In this document: positions 1 through 11,123 of the stretch, in pieces | How positions within the stretch are numbered: the stretch's first letter is position 1 | How the letters are laid out: every line of letters starts with the position of its first letter | DNA from: Bacteroidota bacterium | GTDB lineage: Bacteria > Bacteroidota > Bacteroidia > NS11-12g > UBA9320 | Assembly: GCA_947468275.1 (NCBI GenBank) | Contig: CANIKO010000016.1 | Coordinates: forward strand, 7,346 to 71,345 | DNA: 64,000 bases | Reading direction: 5' to 3' | Translations under genes and position numbers: made by a program | The notes under the pieces: generated by a model | What the model saw: only the letters and a program-made list of their open reading frames with translations | What the model was told of the DNA's origin: nothing | Database searches by the model: none

Positions 1-1302
1 ATCATTAGCTCCTTCAGGGCTCATTGTCATCGAAACTCCTATTTCACCACTTTGGCTCACCTGCTTACGGGCGCTAGTTACAGCATCTCCAGGCAAGGCA
101 GGTAATCCGTCACGGCTAGCTTTTACACCATATAGCATGAAGAAAGGTGAATTTTTTCCGATTGGTTTAAAACTCCATCGCAATAATAAGTTAGGAGGAA
201 GTACTGCCTTTACTTCAGGTAAATCAAAGTAACCTTGAAGTTTTTCCATTTCAGTTCTTGGTACATAACCAATTCCAGCTCCTTCAGCCCATTTCTTTTG
301 TTTTGTTTCAGCATCATCTATCGTATTTGGAATTAAATATGAAAGAATGGGATTTTCTTTTAATAATTGTTCAGGTGATTTCTTTTTAGATGTATCATTT
401 TTAGAACCTGCAATAGAACCAAGTTTTGACTTTGAAGTATCAGTTTTAGAAGTATCTCCTGCTGGCTTCAAAGTTGAACTTGCTAATTTTGAAGTATCTT
501 TACTTCCACCTTTCAACAATTCTTCAGAAGCAAGTTTATTTTTTACAACCTCATTGGCAGCTTCCAAAAATTTATAGGCTTCATAATTATGGTAAGTACT
601 CCAAAATTCCAATTTAGCTGAACTTTGTAAAATATTTCTAACACGCTTAGGGTCATCCACCCCAGGTAATTCAACCAATATACGGCCATTGCCAAGCTCC
701 TGCACGTTAGGCTGAACTACACCAAATTGATCAATACGTTGATTGATGATTTGGTAGGCTCTTGATACCGCTTGCTTGGCCTGAATTTTTAACCATGAGT
801 AAACTTTATCATTTGGTGAATCATATGGCAATTCATCTTTAAGATCTTTATTGGTAAATAAAGGTGCTAATTTCTGACCTGGAGCTACTTTGTCCCATTC
901 AGTCTGAAACAAATCAACAAAATTTTGCTGTCCAGTAAATGCTAACTTAGCATTATCTAATGCAGTAGCAAATTTTGGGTCTTTGGCATTGTTGGATAAT
1001 CCTGAAATAATATCAGGAACCGAAACTTCCATCGTAACGTTCATCCCACCTTTTAAGTCCAATCCCAAACCAATTTCTTTTTCTTTACACTCAAGGTAGG
1101 TGTATTTAATAAGGCCGAGCATATTATACACGGTTACTGATCCTACTGAATCTAAATACTTGGCTTCGGGCTTACCCGTTTTTTTTGCCCACTCTTTGGC
1201 TTGACTTTCTACACTGCGGGTTTTCCAGGTAAAAGATAACTGGTAAATACATGCAATTGCCAAAAGGATAGTAAAAATTTGTACAAAACCTTTATTTTTC
1301 AT
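1..1302 (-). CDS. secDF: Protein translocase subunit SecDF, N-terminal part (runs off the window start)
   Basis: Not in the ORF track; translated by hand from ATG at 1302: MKNKGFVQIFTILLAIACIYQLSFTWK...GLGLDLKGGMNVTMEVS...RIDQFGVVQPNVQ...RIlVELPG, which are SecD motifs. Confidence 0.93.
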   Translation of the reverse strand, partial: MKNKGFVQIFTILLAIACIYQLSFTWKTRSVESQAKEWAKKTGKPEAKYLDSVGSVTVYNMLGLIKYTYLECKEKEIGLGLDLKGGMNVTMEVSVPDIISGLSNNAKDPKFATALDNAKLAFTGQQNFVDLFQTEWDKVAPGQKLAPLFTNKDLKDELPYDSPNDKVYSWLKIQAKQAVSRAYQIINQRIDQFGVVQPNVQELGNGRILVELPGVDDPKRVRNILQSSAKLEFWSTYHNYEAYKFLEAANEVVKNKLASEELLKGGSKDTSKLASSTLKPAGDTSKTDTSKSKLGSIAGSKNDTSKKKSPEQLLKENPILSYLIPNTIDDAETKQKKWAEGAGIGYVPRTEMEKLQGYFDLPEVKAVLPPNLLLRWSFKPIGKNSPFFMLYGVKASRDGLPALPGDAVTSARKQVSQSGEIGVSMTMSPEGAND

Positions 1303-1339
1303 TTGAATTCTATTATATCGAGATTTTTTTTAAAGACGG

Positions 1340-1347
1340 CAAAAGTA
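1340..1347 (-). promoter_or_regulatory. Bacteroidota sigma -7 box (TACTTTTG) upstream of secDF
   Basis: caaaagta on + reads TACTTTTG on -, matching TAnnTTTG, about 40 nt above the ATG. Confidence 0.55.
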
Positions 1348-1428
1348 GATATTTTGACTTTGATATTCAATAATATGTTTTAAAGGATTTTAATACTAAA
1401 AAAAAGACGGGTTGATGGCAATAAAATT

Positions 1429-3966
1429 TTAAAACTTAAGTACAAAATTCACCTTAATTCCAAAAGGATTTACATAATTGCCATTAACCTTTTTATTGTC
1501 CAGATAATTTAGCCGATGAATAAAATCAACCCTCACAAACTTAAAGATATTTTCTACTCCATAACCCAGCTCTGTATAAGGAATCCCCTTGGTGTATCCT
1601 CCAATTGGAGCATATTGTATATTACCCGAGGGGTCTGTAGGCGGCACCATATTAAAATTTTTGCTTCGTAAACTCCCATAAATAGATTTGGCATTATAAA
1701 AAAAACGCCATTTCAATTTTTTAATTAATGGAATCCTGTTAAATATCAATCCATTGTCATTGTGTTCATACTGTATTGAAACATATTGATCGCTTACAAA
1801 TTCAAAAATATTCATCAAATTATAACCATAATAGGATGAAACAAGAGATTGATTTCCTCTTGCTACTTCTAATATAGGATAAGGAATGGTTCCAAAAGTT
1901 TTACCAGCTTGAAATGTATATTCAAAATTCCCAAAATTACCCCAATTATTATACTGCCAAATTTTAAATCCTACCTTGTCAAAATTATATTGTCCACCCA
2001 AAATACCCGATAAGCCCTTGGTATAATTAAGAGTAAAAACAGGTTGTTTAAGATTTCCAAAATTATACCTGTCAACATGCCTAAATACAAATTGTTGTTT
2101 TAATGATATTTTAGTTTCAAAATTAATAGTAGAAACACTGAATTTATTGGAAATCAAACCGGTTTCAGGATTTTTATAATAGGCAAAATTGTATTTGTTA
2201 TAATCATTACGGGTTACAAACTGGTAATCATTATGCCTGAAATTAGCCCTGAAAGTAATTCCTTTAACCACTTCTCTCTCAGCCCATGCCTTATATTCAA
2301 AAGTGTAATTGAGCCTATAAGAGCCCAAGGTATTTAATGACTTATAAAGACTACTGGTTACAAACGGATTATCGGTAACGCCGAGTAAATCTACATCGTC
2401 CTTTATTCCTACCCCTACCCTAGTCCATCGTTTTCTATCTAACACCTGAGTATAATTAAAACCGTACTTCCATTTTTCATCCAAAAAACCATAGGCTGCA
2501 AATCCTTCGAACTGCGAATTTTTAAATAATGTTTCGGTAGTTCTTAACCCGGCTCTAAGTCTAAATCCTTCTAATGGATTCCAAGCTATTGTAGAAATAT
2601 ATGGCCCAACTTCTAATTTATCCTTAGCAAAGGGCTTATACCCTTCGGCAATAATTTCAACGATATCTACATACGTTCTAACCAAAGGTTGATTTTTAAA
2701 GGAATCTACAAGATTAAATATTTTTATATCAGCGCTTGATAGTTGCTCATGCCGTGCCGTATCCCAATAATAATCGTCTTTGGTGTATGCATCTTCTTTT
2801 ACGGTTACTTTTTGTTCAAAAAATTTATTATCATGCTTGGTGCTTACTTTTTGATTCCGGGTGGTGGTGTAATAGGTACCTATCATGCCTAAAGTATTGT
2901 CCGAAATTTCGGAAACATCAATGAGCACACGGGTTTTTTGAGGCAGCCATGCATCTTTTTCCGCCTCCACCATTTCTTGTTGAATTTTTATTTTTTCAAC
3001 AAAATTGATATTGGCCTCTTTTGTTATTTCTAATGAAACCTGTTTTAAAGCCCAAGTGGAATCCTGAATCCAAATATTTCCTGTAAATACCAGATCTTTC
3101 TTATTTTTGGGCCACACCATAATCTTATACGTTTTATGCCCGTCAATAATCATGCTATCCATTAAGGCATAATGATAGTAGGTTAACGACAATCCCGAAA
3201 TAGGCGAAATAAAATCTTTATCAAACAGGTAAAGATTGTTTTCATAAAAATTGTATTGCTGAAATGAAGAGCCTAAAACCTGCGCCACATAACTATCTTC
3301 ACCTACACCTACTCCTTTTATACGGGTTGCTTTTATAACTTCTTTGGTTCTAAAAGGGTTTTTATTATAATAAAAGTCGCTTAGTGTTTCGGACACAAAT
3401 ACCGGCAAAACCGGGATCGCATTGGTGTCAGCCCTAAGGCTGCTGATGGTATCAAAAAGCGATTCCATCGTTTTGTATAATTTCCTTTTTTTAAACTTAT
3501 CGGTAATGTTATCTACGGCAATCTGCACTTTTGTAAAACTTTCATACTCGTATTGTTCCAGTTTTTCAATGTTATATTTTTTTCTATTGTCCTGCACATT
3601 TTTTATAATTCTTATGGCTTTATTAATTCCCGGTCGAATTACAATTTCATTTAGACTGCTTGTATTGGGCTCCAAAGCAAAATTTACTTCTTGAGTAATT
3701 CCTTGTTTTATTTTTTTTGCGATTCTAATATAACCTACAGATTTGGCTATAATACTATCAACTTTTTTATCGGTTAAAATTACGTAAAAGCCTTCGAAAT
3801 CTGTCGTTGTCCCTAAAGTGGTACCTGACAAAAAAACAGTTATATACGGCAATGCCTCACCCGATTCGGCATCCGATATTTTACCTTTTATTATTGTTTG
3901 TGAAAAAGAATTGAAGGCAGAAATAACCAATATCAAACTTAAACTACATTTTTTAAACACCACCAT
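1429..3966 (-). CDS. Outer-membrane protein with carboxypeptidase-regulatory-like N-domain and DUF5686-type barrel
   Basis: Signal peptide, IKGKISDAESGEALPY/GTTTDFEGFY N-domain, ELGYGVENIFKFVRVDF near the end, terminal Phe. Confidence 0.8.
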   Translation of the reverse strand: MVVFKKCSLSLILVISAFNSFSQTIIKGKISDAESGEALPYITVFLSGTTLGTTTDFEGFYVILTDKKVDSIIAKSVGYIRIAKKIKQGITQEVNFALEPNTSSLNEIVIRPGINKAIRIIKNVQDNRKKYNIEKLEQYEYESFTKVQIAVDNITDKFKKRKLYKTMESLFDTISSLRADTNAIPVLPVFVSETLSDFYYNKNPFRTKEVIKATRIKGVGVGEDSYVAQVLGSSFQQYNFYENNLYLFDKDFISPISGLSLTYYHYALMDSMIIDGHKTYKIMVWPKNKKDLVFTGNIWIQDSTWALKQVSLEITKEANINFVEKIKIQQEMVEAEKDAWLPQKTRVLIDVSEISDNTLGMIGTYYTTTRNQKVSTKHDNKFFEQKVTVKEDAYTKDDYYWDTARHEQLSSADIKIFNLVDSFKNQPLVRTYVDIVEIIAEGYKPFAKDKLEVGPYISTIAWNPLEGFRLRAGLRTTETLFKNSQFEGFAAYGFLDEKWKYGFNYTQVLDRKRWTRVGVGIKDDVDLLGVTDNPFVTSSLYKSLNTLGSYRLNYTFEYKAWAEREVVKGITFRANFRHNDYQFVTRNDYNKYNFAYYKNPETGLISNKFSVSTINFETKISLKQQFVFRHVDRYNFGNLKQPVFTLNYTKGLSGILGGQYNFDKVGFKIWQYNNWGNFGNFEYTFQAGKTFGTIPYPILEVARGNQSLVSSYYGYNLMNIFEFVSDQYVSIQYEHNDNGLIFNRIPLIKKLKWRFFYNAKSIYGSLRSKNFNMVPPTDPSGNIQYAPIGGYTKGIPYTELGYGVENIFKFVRVDFIHRLNYLDNKKVNGNYVNPFGIKVNFVLKF

Positions 3967-3997
3967 TAATTAGCTAGCAATATTAAAGTTTATAATT

Positions 3998-4777
3998 TTA
4001 TGATTCTTCAAAATTTTGACTTAAAAACTCAATAACTACCTTCAAAAACACTTCAGGATTTTCGGCATGTACCCAATGCCCTGAATTCGGAATAGTTTCG
4101 AAACTTACATTGGTAAAGTTTTGTTTTATTATCTGTTTATCATTTTCAGAAATGTAATTTGAATTTTGGCCTTTAATAAAAAGTGTTGGAGAGTTTATAG
4201 GTTTGCTAAAATTTACTTCTCCAATTATTTCCTCATAATTAATTTCAATGGCTTCTAAATTAATTTTTAACCCAAATTCTCCGCTTTCCTTTCGGTACAG
4301 GTTTTTTAATAAAAAAAGCATCTCCCCTTTATCGGCAATACGTTTTGCCAATTGATTTTCAATTTCTTTTCGCCCCGTGGCTTTAAAATCTATAGTTTTC
4401 ATGGCATCAAAATAAATAATATGTCCAGGTTTATAGGCTTTCGGAGCGATATCAACTACTATAAGTTTTTCAGTTTTAGCAGGATATTTATCAGCAAATG
4501 CCATAGCAGTTTTACCTCCCATGGAGTGGCCAATTAGTATAGCTTCAACAATATTTTCAGATTTCATAAATTCCCAAATATCATCCGCCATCACACTATA
4601 ATTCATAACCGGCGAATGGGGGGATTGGCCGTGGTTCCTTTGGTCTAAAGTAAATACGATATTGGTTTCCGAAAGTTTCCGGGCTATGTTATGCCAATTA
4701 TCACTCATGCCAAATAATCCATGCAGAATTATGAGTATTTTACCCTCTGTTCCATATTTTTTAAAATACAATTGCAT
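3998..4777 (-). CDS. Alpha/beta hydrolase, YbfF-like esterase
   Basis: LHGLFG, DQRNHG, GHSMGG nucleophile, DIAP, GHWVHAE. Confidence 0.88.
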   Translation of the reverse strand: MQLYFKKYGTEGKILIILHGLFGMSDNWHNIARKLSETNIVFTLDQRNHGQSPHSPVMNYSVMADDIWEFMKSENIVEAILIGHSMGGKTAMAFADKYPAKTEKLIVVDIAPKAYKPGHIIYFDAMKTIDFKATGRKEIENQLAKRIADKGEMLFLLKNLYRKESGEFGLKINLEAIEINYEEIIGEVNFSKPINSPTLFIKGQNSNYISENDKQIIKQNFTNVSFETIPNSGHWVHAENPEVFLKVVIEFLSQNFEES

Positions 4778-4883
4778 TTACAGCAAAATTAAAGACGAAT
4801 TTTGAGAATTAGTTATTTGTTATTGAGTTATTACAATTAGGCCCTAATTCAAAAAAACAATTTAGCAACTAAACAGTTTAATA

Positions 4884-5477
4884 ATGGATATGAAAATTAT
4901 TTTAATCACAGCTCTTACCTTGATTGGTGTATTTGGAATCTGGAAATTATTATTGGCTAGCAAGCCAGTAGCAGCAATTAACTTGGCAATCAGTTCATCT
5001 GATTCTCCTATTTTGGAACAATGTATTACCAAATTAAATTCGAAAGACAAATTATGTTTGAAAGATTTTAAAGGAAAAAAAATACTATTGGTAAACGTAG
5101 CATCAGAATGCGGATTTACTAAACAATACTCCGACCTTGAAAAATTATACACAACCTACAATGATAAATTGGTGATAATAGGATTTCCATGCAATCAATT
5201 TGGTGGACAAGAGCCAGGAAGTGAAGTAGAAATAGAAAAATTTTGCTCCTCTAAATTTGCAGTAACTTTTCCACTAACAACCAAAATAGATGTAAAAGGA
5301 AACCATCAACACCCAATTTTCAAATGGTTAACGTCAAAAACAATGAACGGAGTGGATAATTATAAAGTTAGCTGGAATTTTAACAAATTTATGTTGGATG
5401 AAAACGGTCAATTAATTGGATATTTCAGCAGCAGAATAAATCCAATGGATAGTGAAATCACCAATCTTTTAAAATAA
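4884..5477 (+). CDS. Cys-type glutathione peroxidase family protein with N-terminal anchor
   Basis: NVASECGFT, GFPCNQFGGQEPG, WNFNKF. Confidence 0.93.
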   Translation: MDMKIILITALTLIGVFGIWKLLLASKPVAAINLAISSSDSPILEQCITKLNSKDKLCLKDFKGKKILLVNVASECGFTKQYSDLEKLYTTYNDKLVIIGFPCNQFGGQEPGSEVEIEKFCSSKFAVTFPLTTKIDVKGNHQHPIFKWLTSKTMNGVDNYKVSWNFNKFMLDENGQLIGYFSSRINPMDSEITNLLK

Positions 5478-5525
5478 TTTTGTCATGGCCTATTATGGTA
5501 AGGCCAAATTATAAAATCAATAATC

Positions 5526-5912
5526 ATGGTTAAAGCAATTACTCAAAACATAGAGATATCGGTAGAAACATTTTTCCAATCGAATCAATCCAAGCCTGAT
5601 CTTGATTTTTACCTTTATTCATATCGAATCACCATCAATAATGCTAGTGAATATACGGTGCAATTATTAAGTCGTTATTGGGAAATTTTTGATATAATAA
5701 TGGAAAAGCGCACCATGGAAGGTGAAGGAGTTGTTGGTGAGCAGCCAGTTCTATTACCTGGCGAATCCTATCAATACACATCGTATTGTCAATTAAAAAC
5801 AGATGCAGGAAGTATGAAAGGATTTTATACTTTTAAGAGACAGGCGGATGACACTTTGTTTAATGCAGTTATTCCTGAATTTATACTTTTGCCAGATTAT
5901 AGAAGGAATTAA
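5526..5912 (+). CDS. apaG: ApaG protein
   Basis: YRITINN, QLLSRYW, GEGVVGEQP, GSMKGFY. Confidence 0.93.
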   Translation: MVKAITQNIEISVETFFQSNQSKPDLDFYLYSYRITINNASEYTVQLLSRYWEIFDIIMEKRTMEGEGVVGEQPVLLPGESYQYTSYCQLKTDAGSMKGFYTFKRQADDTLFNAVIPEFILLPDYRRN

Positions 5913-5964
5913 CTAATAATCAAATAATCTTATAAGAAATTATTTTGTGTTGTAATATCCAATA

Positions 5965-6411
5965 TTACAATATCTGATTTGCATGATTTTTGGTATCTAC
6001 TTTTTCAATAATATCGGTAATAACTCCATTATCAAAAATAAAAGTAACCCTTGCTATCCCCATATACTTTCTGCCGTACATACTTTTTTCGACCCAAGTG
6101 CTAAAAGCTTCGGCCACGGCATGATCTTCGTCGGTTAATAAATCAAAAGGCAATTCGTATTTTTCTATAAATTTCAAATGCTTCGCAGTTCCATCAGGAC
6201 TAATCCCATAAATGGTATACCCCTTTTCCAATAGGGCCTGGTAATTATCTCGCAAGCTACATGCCTCGGCAGTGCAACCGGGAGTATCATCTTTGGGATA
6301 AAAATAAAGAACAACCTTTTTTCCAATAAAATCTTTTGATTCAACAGTGATGTTATGTTGATTTACAGTCTTAAATTCGGGGGCATTGTCGCCAATTTTT
6401 AATTTTATCAT
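5965..6411 (-). CDS. bcp: Peroxiredoxin BCP
   Basis: LYFYPKDDTPGCTAEACSLRD; ATG at 6411 preferred to the upstream GTG. Confidence 0.92.
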   Translation of the reverse strand: MIKLKIGDNAPEFKTVNQHNITVESKDFIGKKVVLYFYPKDDTPGCTAEACSLRDNYQALLEKGYTIYGISPDGTAKHLKFIEKYELPFDLLTDEDHAVAEAFSTWVEKSMYGRKYMGIARVTFIFDNGVITDIIEKVDTKNHANQIL

Positions 6412-6428
6412 ACTACCTTTAAACACCT

Positions 6429-8225
6429 TTAAAGTATAATAGTTTGCACAAATTCTTTACTATTTCCTCGAGTATCGGTAACTTTTATTTTAAAGTTGTG
6501 TTTTCCTGTGGTTATAAAATCCGGTATTTTGCCTGAAATCAAATCAGATTTTGGTTCATAATCCGTCAATATCCATTCGTTATCTATAGTTGTTGTTATT
6601 TCTTTTATTCCACTTAAATCGTCTTTTGCTTTGCCCGAAAAATTCCTTCCATTCACTTTTACTCCTGATATAACCGGGGCGGTTTCGTCAATGTCGTAAT
6701 AAAATTGCCCTAACATTTTGGCCTTAGTTTTCAAATAACCGTCTTCCCAGATTCCACCTTCCGGTTTTTTTGCACCACCACGAGTTAATCGTATTATTAG
6801 ATACTTTTCAGGATTTGAAATTAAAAATTCAGGTTTAAAAGCTATTGAAAAAGAATCATTAACAGGAATATTACTGCTCATTATATCCCAAACTGGTTTT
6901 CCATTTATTTGCTTTCCACTAGGACCCAATCTAAACATAATAGTATCATATAAACCTCCTTTTGGAATTTCAATTTTCACCATTGCATCCTCAGCCATCC
7001 ATTCCATTTTATTTTGTAAATCGGGATAAAACAATTGCTTTTGGAACAAAGGGTTTTCCTTTATAAAAATTCGTTCGGGGAGAATATTGGCATCCTCCGT
7101 TTTATTCCCATTTACTGTAAAATTTACAGAATCCTTATGTCCAGGGAAATCGCGAATTATTAATTTTATAGTATAGTGTTTACCATCCTCAACAATTACT
7201 CTTCCTTGATTTATGGCAGTTGGATAAATTTTTAACGTATTTCCATCGTCCACAAAAAGTTTAACAATTTTCAAGTCTTTTTCTTCAAGGACGGAATGAT
7301 CAAGATGACAATTTATTAATCTCCAATCGGCAAATGGAATTTGTTCAATTTTTTGTTCAAAAACCAATTGACCATTAACAAATAATTTGGCATATTGAAT
7401 TCCCATATTAAAACCGCCTTTTCGTAAATGGTCAACCCAGGAAGCACCAAAAGCATAAGTGCCAGGAGATAGATTTAACAGTGGATTGGAAATACTTACC
7501 CCCAATCTTCCATACTGCGAAAACCGGTAAGTTCCGGTTTCCAATCGTTTTGTATTATCTAAAGCATAAACTGTAATACTATTTATTTGTGGTTTAATGT
7601 TATCGTTTAAATACAATCCAAAAAGGAGAGGATTGAGGGCATCTCCCGTTTCAGAATCACGAATCTCAAAATGCAAATGCGGACCGGCTGAACCGCCCGT
7701 ATTTCCTGAATAAGCAATCAAATCACCTTTTTTTACCGGAATTAAATTTGATTCTGGTTGCGTTTCTATTTCAAAAGCTTTGCGTTTGTAATGTTCAGTT
7801 TCAATATAGTTTGTAATGGCAGGAGCAAAACTCATCAAATGCCCATAAACGGAAGTGTAGCCATTAGGATGTATTATATAAATTGCCTTTCCATAGCCTT
7901 TGGCTGAAATATTGATGCGACCAATATACCCATCACCAGCTGCATATACAGGTATTCCTGTTTTGCCTTCACCCGTTCGTATATCCACTCCCGAATGAAA
8001 ATGATTGGTTCTTAATTCTCCAAAATTGCCAGCTAAATCAATGGTTCCTTTTATTGGCCATGCAAAAAAATTCTTTGGGTATGATTTTATAATTGGCAAA
8101 GGCTTAACAACTTCTCTAACATTCTTGTAATCGGCATTTTTAGATTTATACCTTGAAATACAAACCAATGCCATGGCTGAGCAACTAAGAAAAAGAGTTG
8201 TTATAATTAAGGTGCGTTTTACCAT
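6429..8225 (-). CDS. M23 family metallopeptidase
   Basis: FGELRTNHFHSGVD, YGHL, GNTGGSAGPHLHFEIRD. Confidence 0.9.
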   Translation of the reverse strand: MVKRTLIITTLFLSCSAMALVCISRYKSKNADYKNVREVVKPLPIIKSYPKNFFAWPIKGTIDLAGNFGELRTNHFHSGVDIRTGEGKTGIPVYAAGDGYIGRINISAKGYGKAIYIIHPNGYTSVYGHLMSFAPAITNYIETEHYKRKAFEIETQPESNLIPVKKGDLIAYSGNTGGSAGPHLHFEIRDSETGDALNPLLFGLYLNDNIKPQINSITVYALDNTKRLETGTYRFSQYGRLGVSISNPLLNLSPGTYAFGASWVDHLRKGGFNMGIQYAKLFVNGQLVFEQKIEQIPFADWRLINCHLDHSVLEEKDLKIVKLFVDDGNTLKIYPTAINQGRVIVEDGKHYTIKLIIRDFPGHKDSVNFTVNGNKTEDANILPERIFIKENPLFQKQLFYPDLQNKMEWMAEDAMVKIEIPKGGLYDTIMFRLGPSGKQINGKPVWDIMSSNIPVNDSFSIAFKPEFLISNPEKYLIIRLTRGGAKKPEGGIWEDGYLKTKAKMLGQFYYDIDETAPVISGVKVNGRNFSGKAKDDLSGIKEITTTIDNEWILTDYEPKSDLISGKIPDFITTGKHNFKIKVTDTRGNSKEFVQTIIL

Positions 8226-8291
8226 ATTTTGAACATTTCAAAATTACAATGGAACTAAATTGCCAAGTGAAAAGGTTATAAACGGTTGTCT

Positions 8292-8329
8292 AATTTATTG
8301 CCGTTGCCTTGCAGCAATAGCAATAAATT
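8292..8329. terminator. Intergenic hairpin directly after the M1 peptidase stop
   Basis: aatttattgc...gcaataaatt 10-bp arms with a further imperfect inner stem. Confidence 0.45.
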
Positions 8330-10221
8330 TACTTCAAAATTTCCTCAACGGAATGAGATGAAACAGAGTGATATCCTGATTTTGCTTTTTCAAATACCTT
8401 CTTAGCCCATATTTTCCCATTGGGTGTTTTTTCCAAAGCTTCATAAATTGGAACTAAAAATTTTCGACGGCCCACTGAAATAAGAAATTTTTCTATTTGT
8501 AGTTGGTTTTGAGTGTCACCTTTTTTTACAGATAAAGTGAACCAATCACAGCAAATCTCAGCATTACTGCGATTTGAAAATTTGAAGATTTTATCAAAAT
8601 TTTCAACTTGCTGTAAAGTGGCTTTTTTGCCAAACTGTCTAATTAGATATTGCCAATGATGAGTTGTAAATCCATTGGTATCAAACAATTCAGGCTTTAA
8701 TTTTCCATTAAAAAAATTGATAAGCGCAGCATCTACCTTATTTAATTCAGTTGAAACTGGCTTTACAGCATCTTTGGGCAATCCTTCTCCATAAACCCAT
8801 TCTTGAACATTGGCTGCTTTTTTCCATTTCGGATTTTTATCCAAAAGTTGTATATTTAAATATTCCAAAAATCCTTCTGTAGTGTTGTAACTAAAAGCAT
8901 ACGCTTTAAAATATTTATTTAAAAATTCGTCCCAATTTTTCTTTCCTACACTTTTTTCGAGATGACACAAAAAGAAACGTCCCTTATCATATGCTACATC
9001 GCTTAATCCGTCATCTGGGTCGCGGCCTTTTAAATCTAATTTAAGTTTCGTGTCAGCTGATAATCCTTCAGATTTCATATCAGCAATAGTGGTTTCCAAA
9101 TCATTCCAAGCCAATACTTGTCTCATTTCATCATACGGTTTACCATATAATTGTTCCATTATACGTTGTTCAAAATAATTAGTAAATCCTTCGTTTAACC
9201 AAAAATCATTCCATGCAGCATTGGTTACTAAATTTCCACTCCATGAATGAGCTAACTCATGAGCTATAAGTGAAACCTGACTCCTATCTCCTGTAATAAC
9301 AGTTGGTGTAGCAAATGTCAATCGCGGATTTTCCATCCCTCCAAAAGGAAAACTTGGAGGTAAGACCAAAACATCGTAGCGTTTCCATATGTAGGTACCA
9401 TAAAGTTTTCCAGCTTCATCAATCATTTTTTGCATATCAGCAAATTCCCAAGCCGCTTTTTCCAACATGCCCGGTTCGGCATATATTCCACAATCCTTGC
9501 CCAATGATTTAAATTCAATTTTACCAGAACTTAAGGCCAATAAATAGGACGAAATAGGTTGCTCCATTTCAAAGGTATAAATTCCCGATTCAATAATATG
9601 TTGCGGATTGGTGGCACTCATCAAAACAAGGTAACCAGGTTTAGTTTTTATTTTAGCAGTATAAGTAAATTTAACTGCAGGGGCATCCTGACAAGGCACC
9701 CAACTTCTGGCTAAAATTGCCTGACTTTGACTATATAAAAAATCGTCCTTTTTATCATGCGTTTGTGTTGGAGTAACCCATTGTAAAGCCGCCGCTTCGG
9801 GGTGAGTTTGGTATTCTACTACTACCTTGTCGGTAGCCTTTTCTAGGATAATAGTTAACGGGGATCCAAATATTAGGTCACTATTTCCTAACCAAAACTT
9901 TAAGGGCATTCCTTCCTTATTTTTTACGGATGAAATAATAAGTTGGCGTGTGTCTAAAATAAGGGTATCAGCGTTTTCTTTTTTGTCCAAATTAAGAGTA
10001 GCTGTACCTTTTAAAATATGCGCATCCCATAAAATTTCTAGGTTGAGGTCAATATGATTAACGCTTATTTTATAAGGGTTTGAGTATGAATGTGGATCAC
10101 CAGATGAAAATATTTTCGGTTTTTTTTCTTCGACAGCATATTTTTTTTCGTTTCGGCACGTTATTAACAAGATAACTGAGAAAACGATTATAAAAAAGGA
10201 TGATAAACTTTTTAGAAACAT
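8329..10221 (-). CDS. M1 family aminopeptidase (LTA4 hydrolase-like)
   Basis: GGMEN, HELAH(x18)E, WLNEG, GRRKF. Confidence 0.93.
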   Translation of the reverse strand: MFLKSLSSFFIIVFSVILLITCRNEKKYAVEEKKPKIFSSGDPHSYSNPYKISVNHIDLNLEILWDAHILKGTATLNLDKKENADTLILDTRQLIISSVKNKEGMPLKFWLGNSDLIFGSPLTIILEKATDKVVVEYQTHPEAAALQWVTPTQTHDKKDDFLYSQSQAILARSWVPCQDAPAVKFTYTAKIKTKPGYLVLMSATNPQHIIESGIYTFEMEQPISSYLLALSSGKIEFKSLGKDCGIYAEPGMLEKAAWEFADMQKMIDEAGKLYGTYIWKRYDVLVLPPSFPFGGMENPRLTFATPTVITGDRSQVSLIAHELAHSWSGNLVTNAAWNDFWLNEGFTNYFEQRIMEQLYGKPYDEMRQVLAWNDLETTIADMKSEGLSADTKLKLDLKGRDPDDGLSDVAYDKGRFFLCHLEKSVGKKNWDEFLNKYFKAYAFSYNTTEGFLEYLNIQLLDKNPKWKKAANVQEWVYGEGLPKDAVKPVSTELNKVDAALINFFNGKLKPELFDTNGFTTHHWQYLIRQFGKKATLQQVENFDKIFKFSNRSNAEICCDWFTLSVKKGDTQNQLQIEKFLISVGRRKFLVPIYEALEKTPNGKIWAKKVFEKAKSGYHSVSSHSVEEILK

Positions 10222-10364
10222 ACAATTATTTAGCTTCCAAAAGTAGTACTGTAAACTTTACTAAACTAACATTTATGAAGTGGATAAATATGGCAAACAG
10301 GGCTAATAAAATTCAGAATCAAAATTTTACCTTTGCATGTTTAACGCAATTCCAAAATAAAACA

Positions 10365-11054
10365 ATGACATATTACACTAAGACAATTGCACTTATAGCA
10401 ACAATGTTTTTAGGGCTTTCGGCTTCAATGGCCCAGGACAATACAAAACCTGACTCAGCGGTTTATGACCCTTATGCCACCGACACTGCATCTTCATTTC
10501 TTGAATCAGGCAGAAACAGTGAATCTGCACAGCCGGTGCGAAAGCCATATATGCGATTTGCCGTTCCTTTTGACACCATTACCGAAATGGTAACTTACGC
10601 CGAAATTGTAAATGAAGAGGAAGCCGTTACAGATTCACTTTATTGGCGAGCAAAACGTTGGATAAAGCATGAATTTAAAGGTACAAAAAAACAAGTCATA
10701 AAAAAAGATGATAAAAAAGATTTCAAAATTGTAATGGAAGGAGAATTTCCATTATACATTGAAGCTAATAAATTTTCAAAATCGCAGAATGGCAGAGTCG
10801 CTTTTGATATGGAGTTGCGATTTAAAGAAGGCAGATACAAATACAAAATAAATAATTTAGTACACGTTGTAGATCCTCCTCCTGGGGAAGACAGAGAAAT
10901 TAAAACTTATTTTGAGTTTTATCGCAAATCAACTGTAAACCCAAAAGGCAATGATGCGGTTTTAATAGCTGCCGATAAGAAAATTCAAAAAATGATTAAA
11001 GATCTTAAAAAATACTGTAAGGAACCAATTTTTGTTGACGAGGATGATTGGTAG
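10365..11054 (+). CDS. Secreted DUF4468-like protein
   Basis: Signal peptide from ATG 10365; LYWRAKRWI...KEGRYKY pattern. Confidence 0.55.
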   Translation: MTYYTKTIALIATMFLGLSASMAQDNTKPDSAVYDPYATDTASSFLESGRNSESAQPVRKPYMRFAVPFDTITEMVTYAEIVNEEEAVTDSLYWRAKRWIKHEFKGTKKQVIKKDDKKDFKIVMEGEFPLYIEANKFSKSQNGRVAFDMELRFKEGRYKYKINNLVHVVDPPPGEDREIKTYFEFYRKSTVNPKGNDAVLIAADKKIQKMIKDLKKYCKEPIFVDEDDW

Positions 11055-11096
11055 TTAGATTTAAGAATTTTAAGATGTAAGATATAGAATAATATC

Positions 11097-11123
11097 AAAG
11101 GCTGCCATTGGCGGCCTTTTTTT
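11097..11123. terminator. Bidirectional intrinsic terminator
   Basis: aaaggctgcc-att-ggcggccttttttt between convergent genes. Confidence 0.75.

Noticed and set aside
347-577. ORF-track 76-aa ORF and similar antisense ORFs (e.g. 28601-29074, 44683-45057, 52185-52814, 56908-57354)
   Set aside because: Shadow frames opposite well-supported genes; 347-577 lies inside secDF.
4884-5477. Selenoprotein glutathione peroxidase
   Set aside because: The active-site codon is TGC (Cys), with no in-frame TGA.
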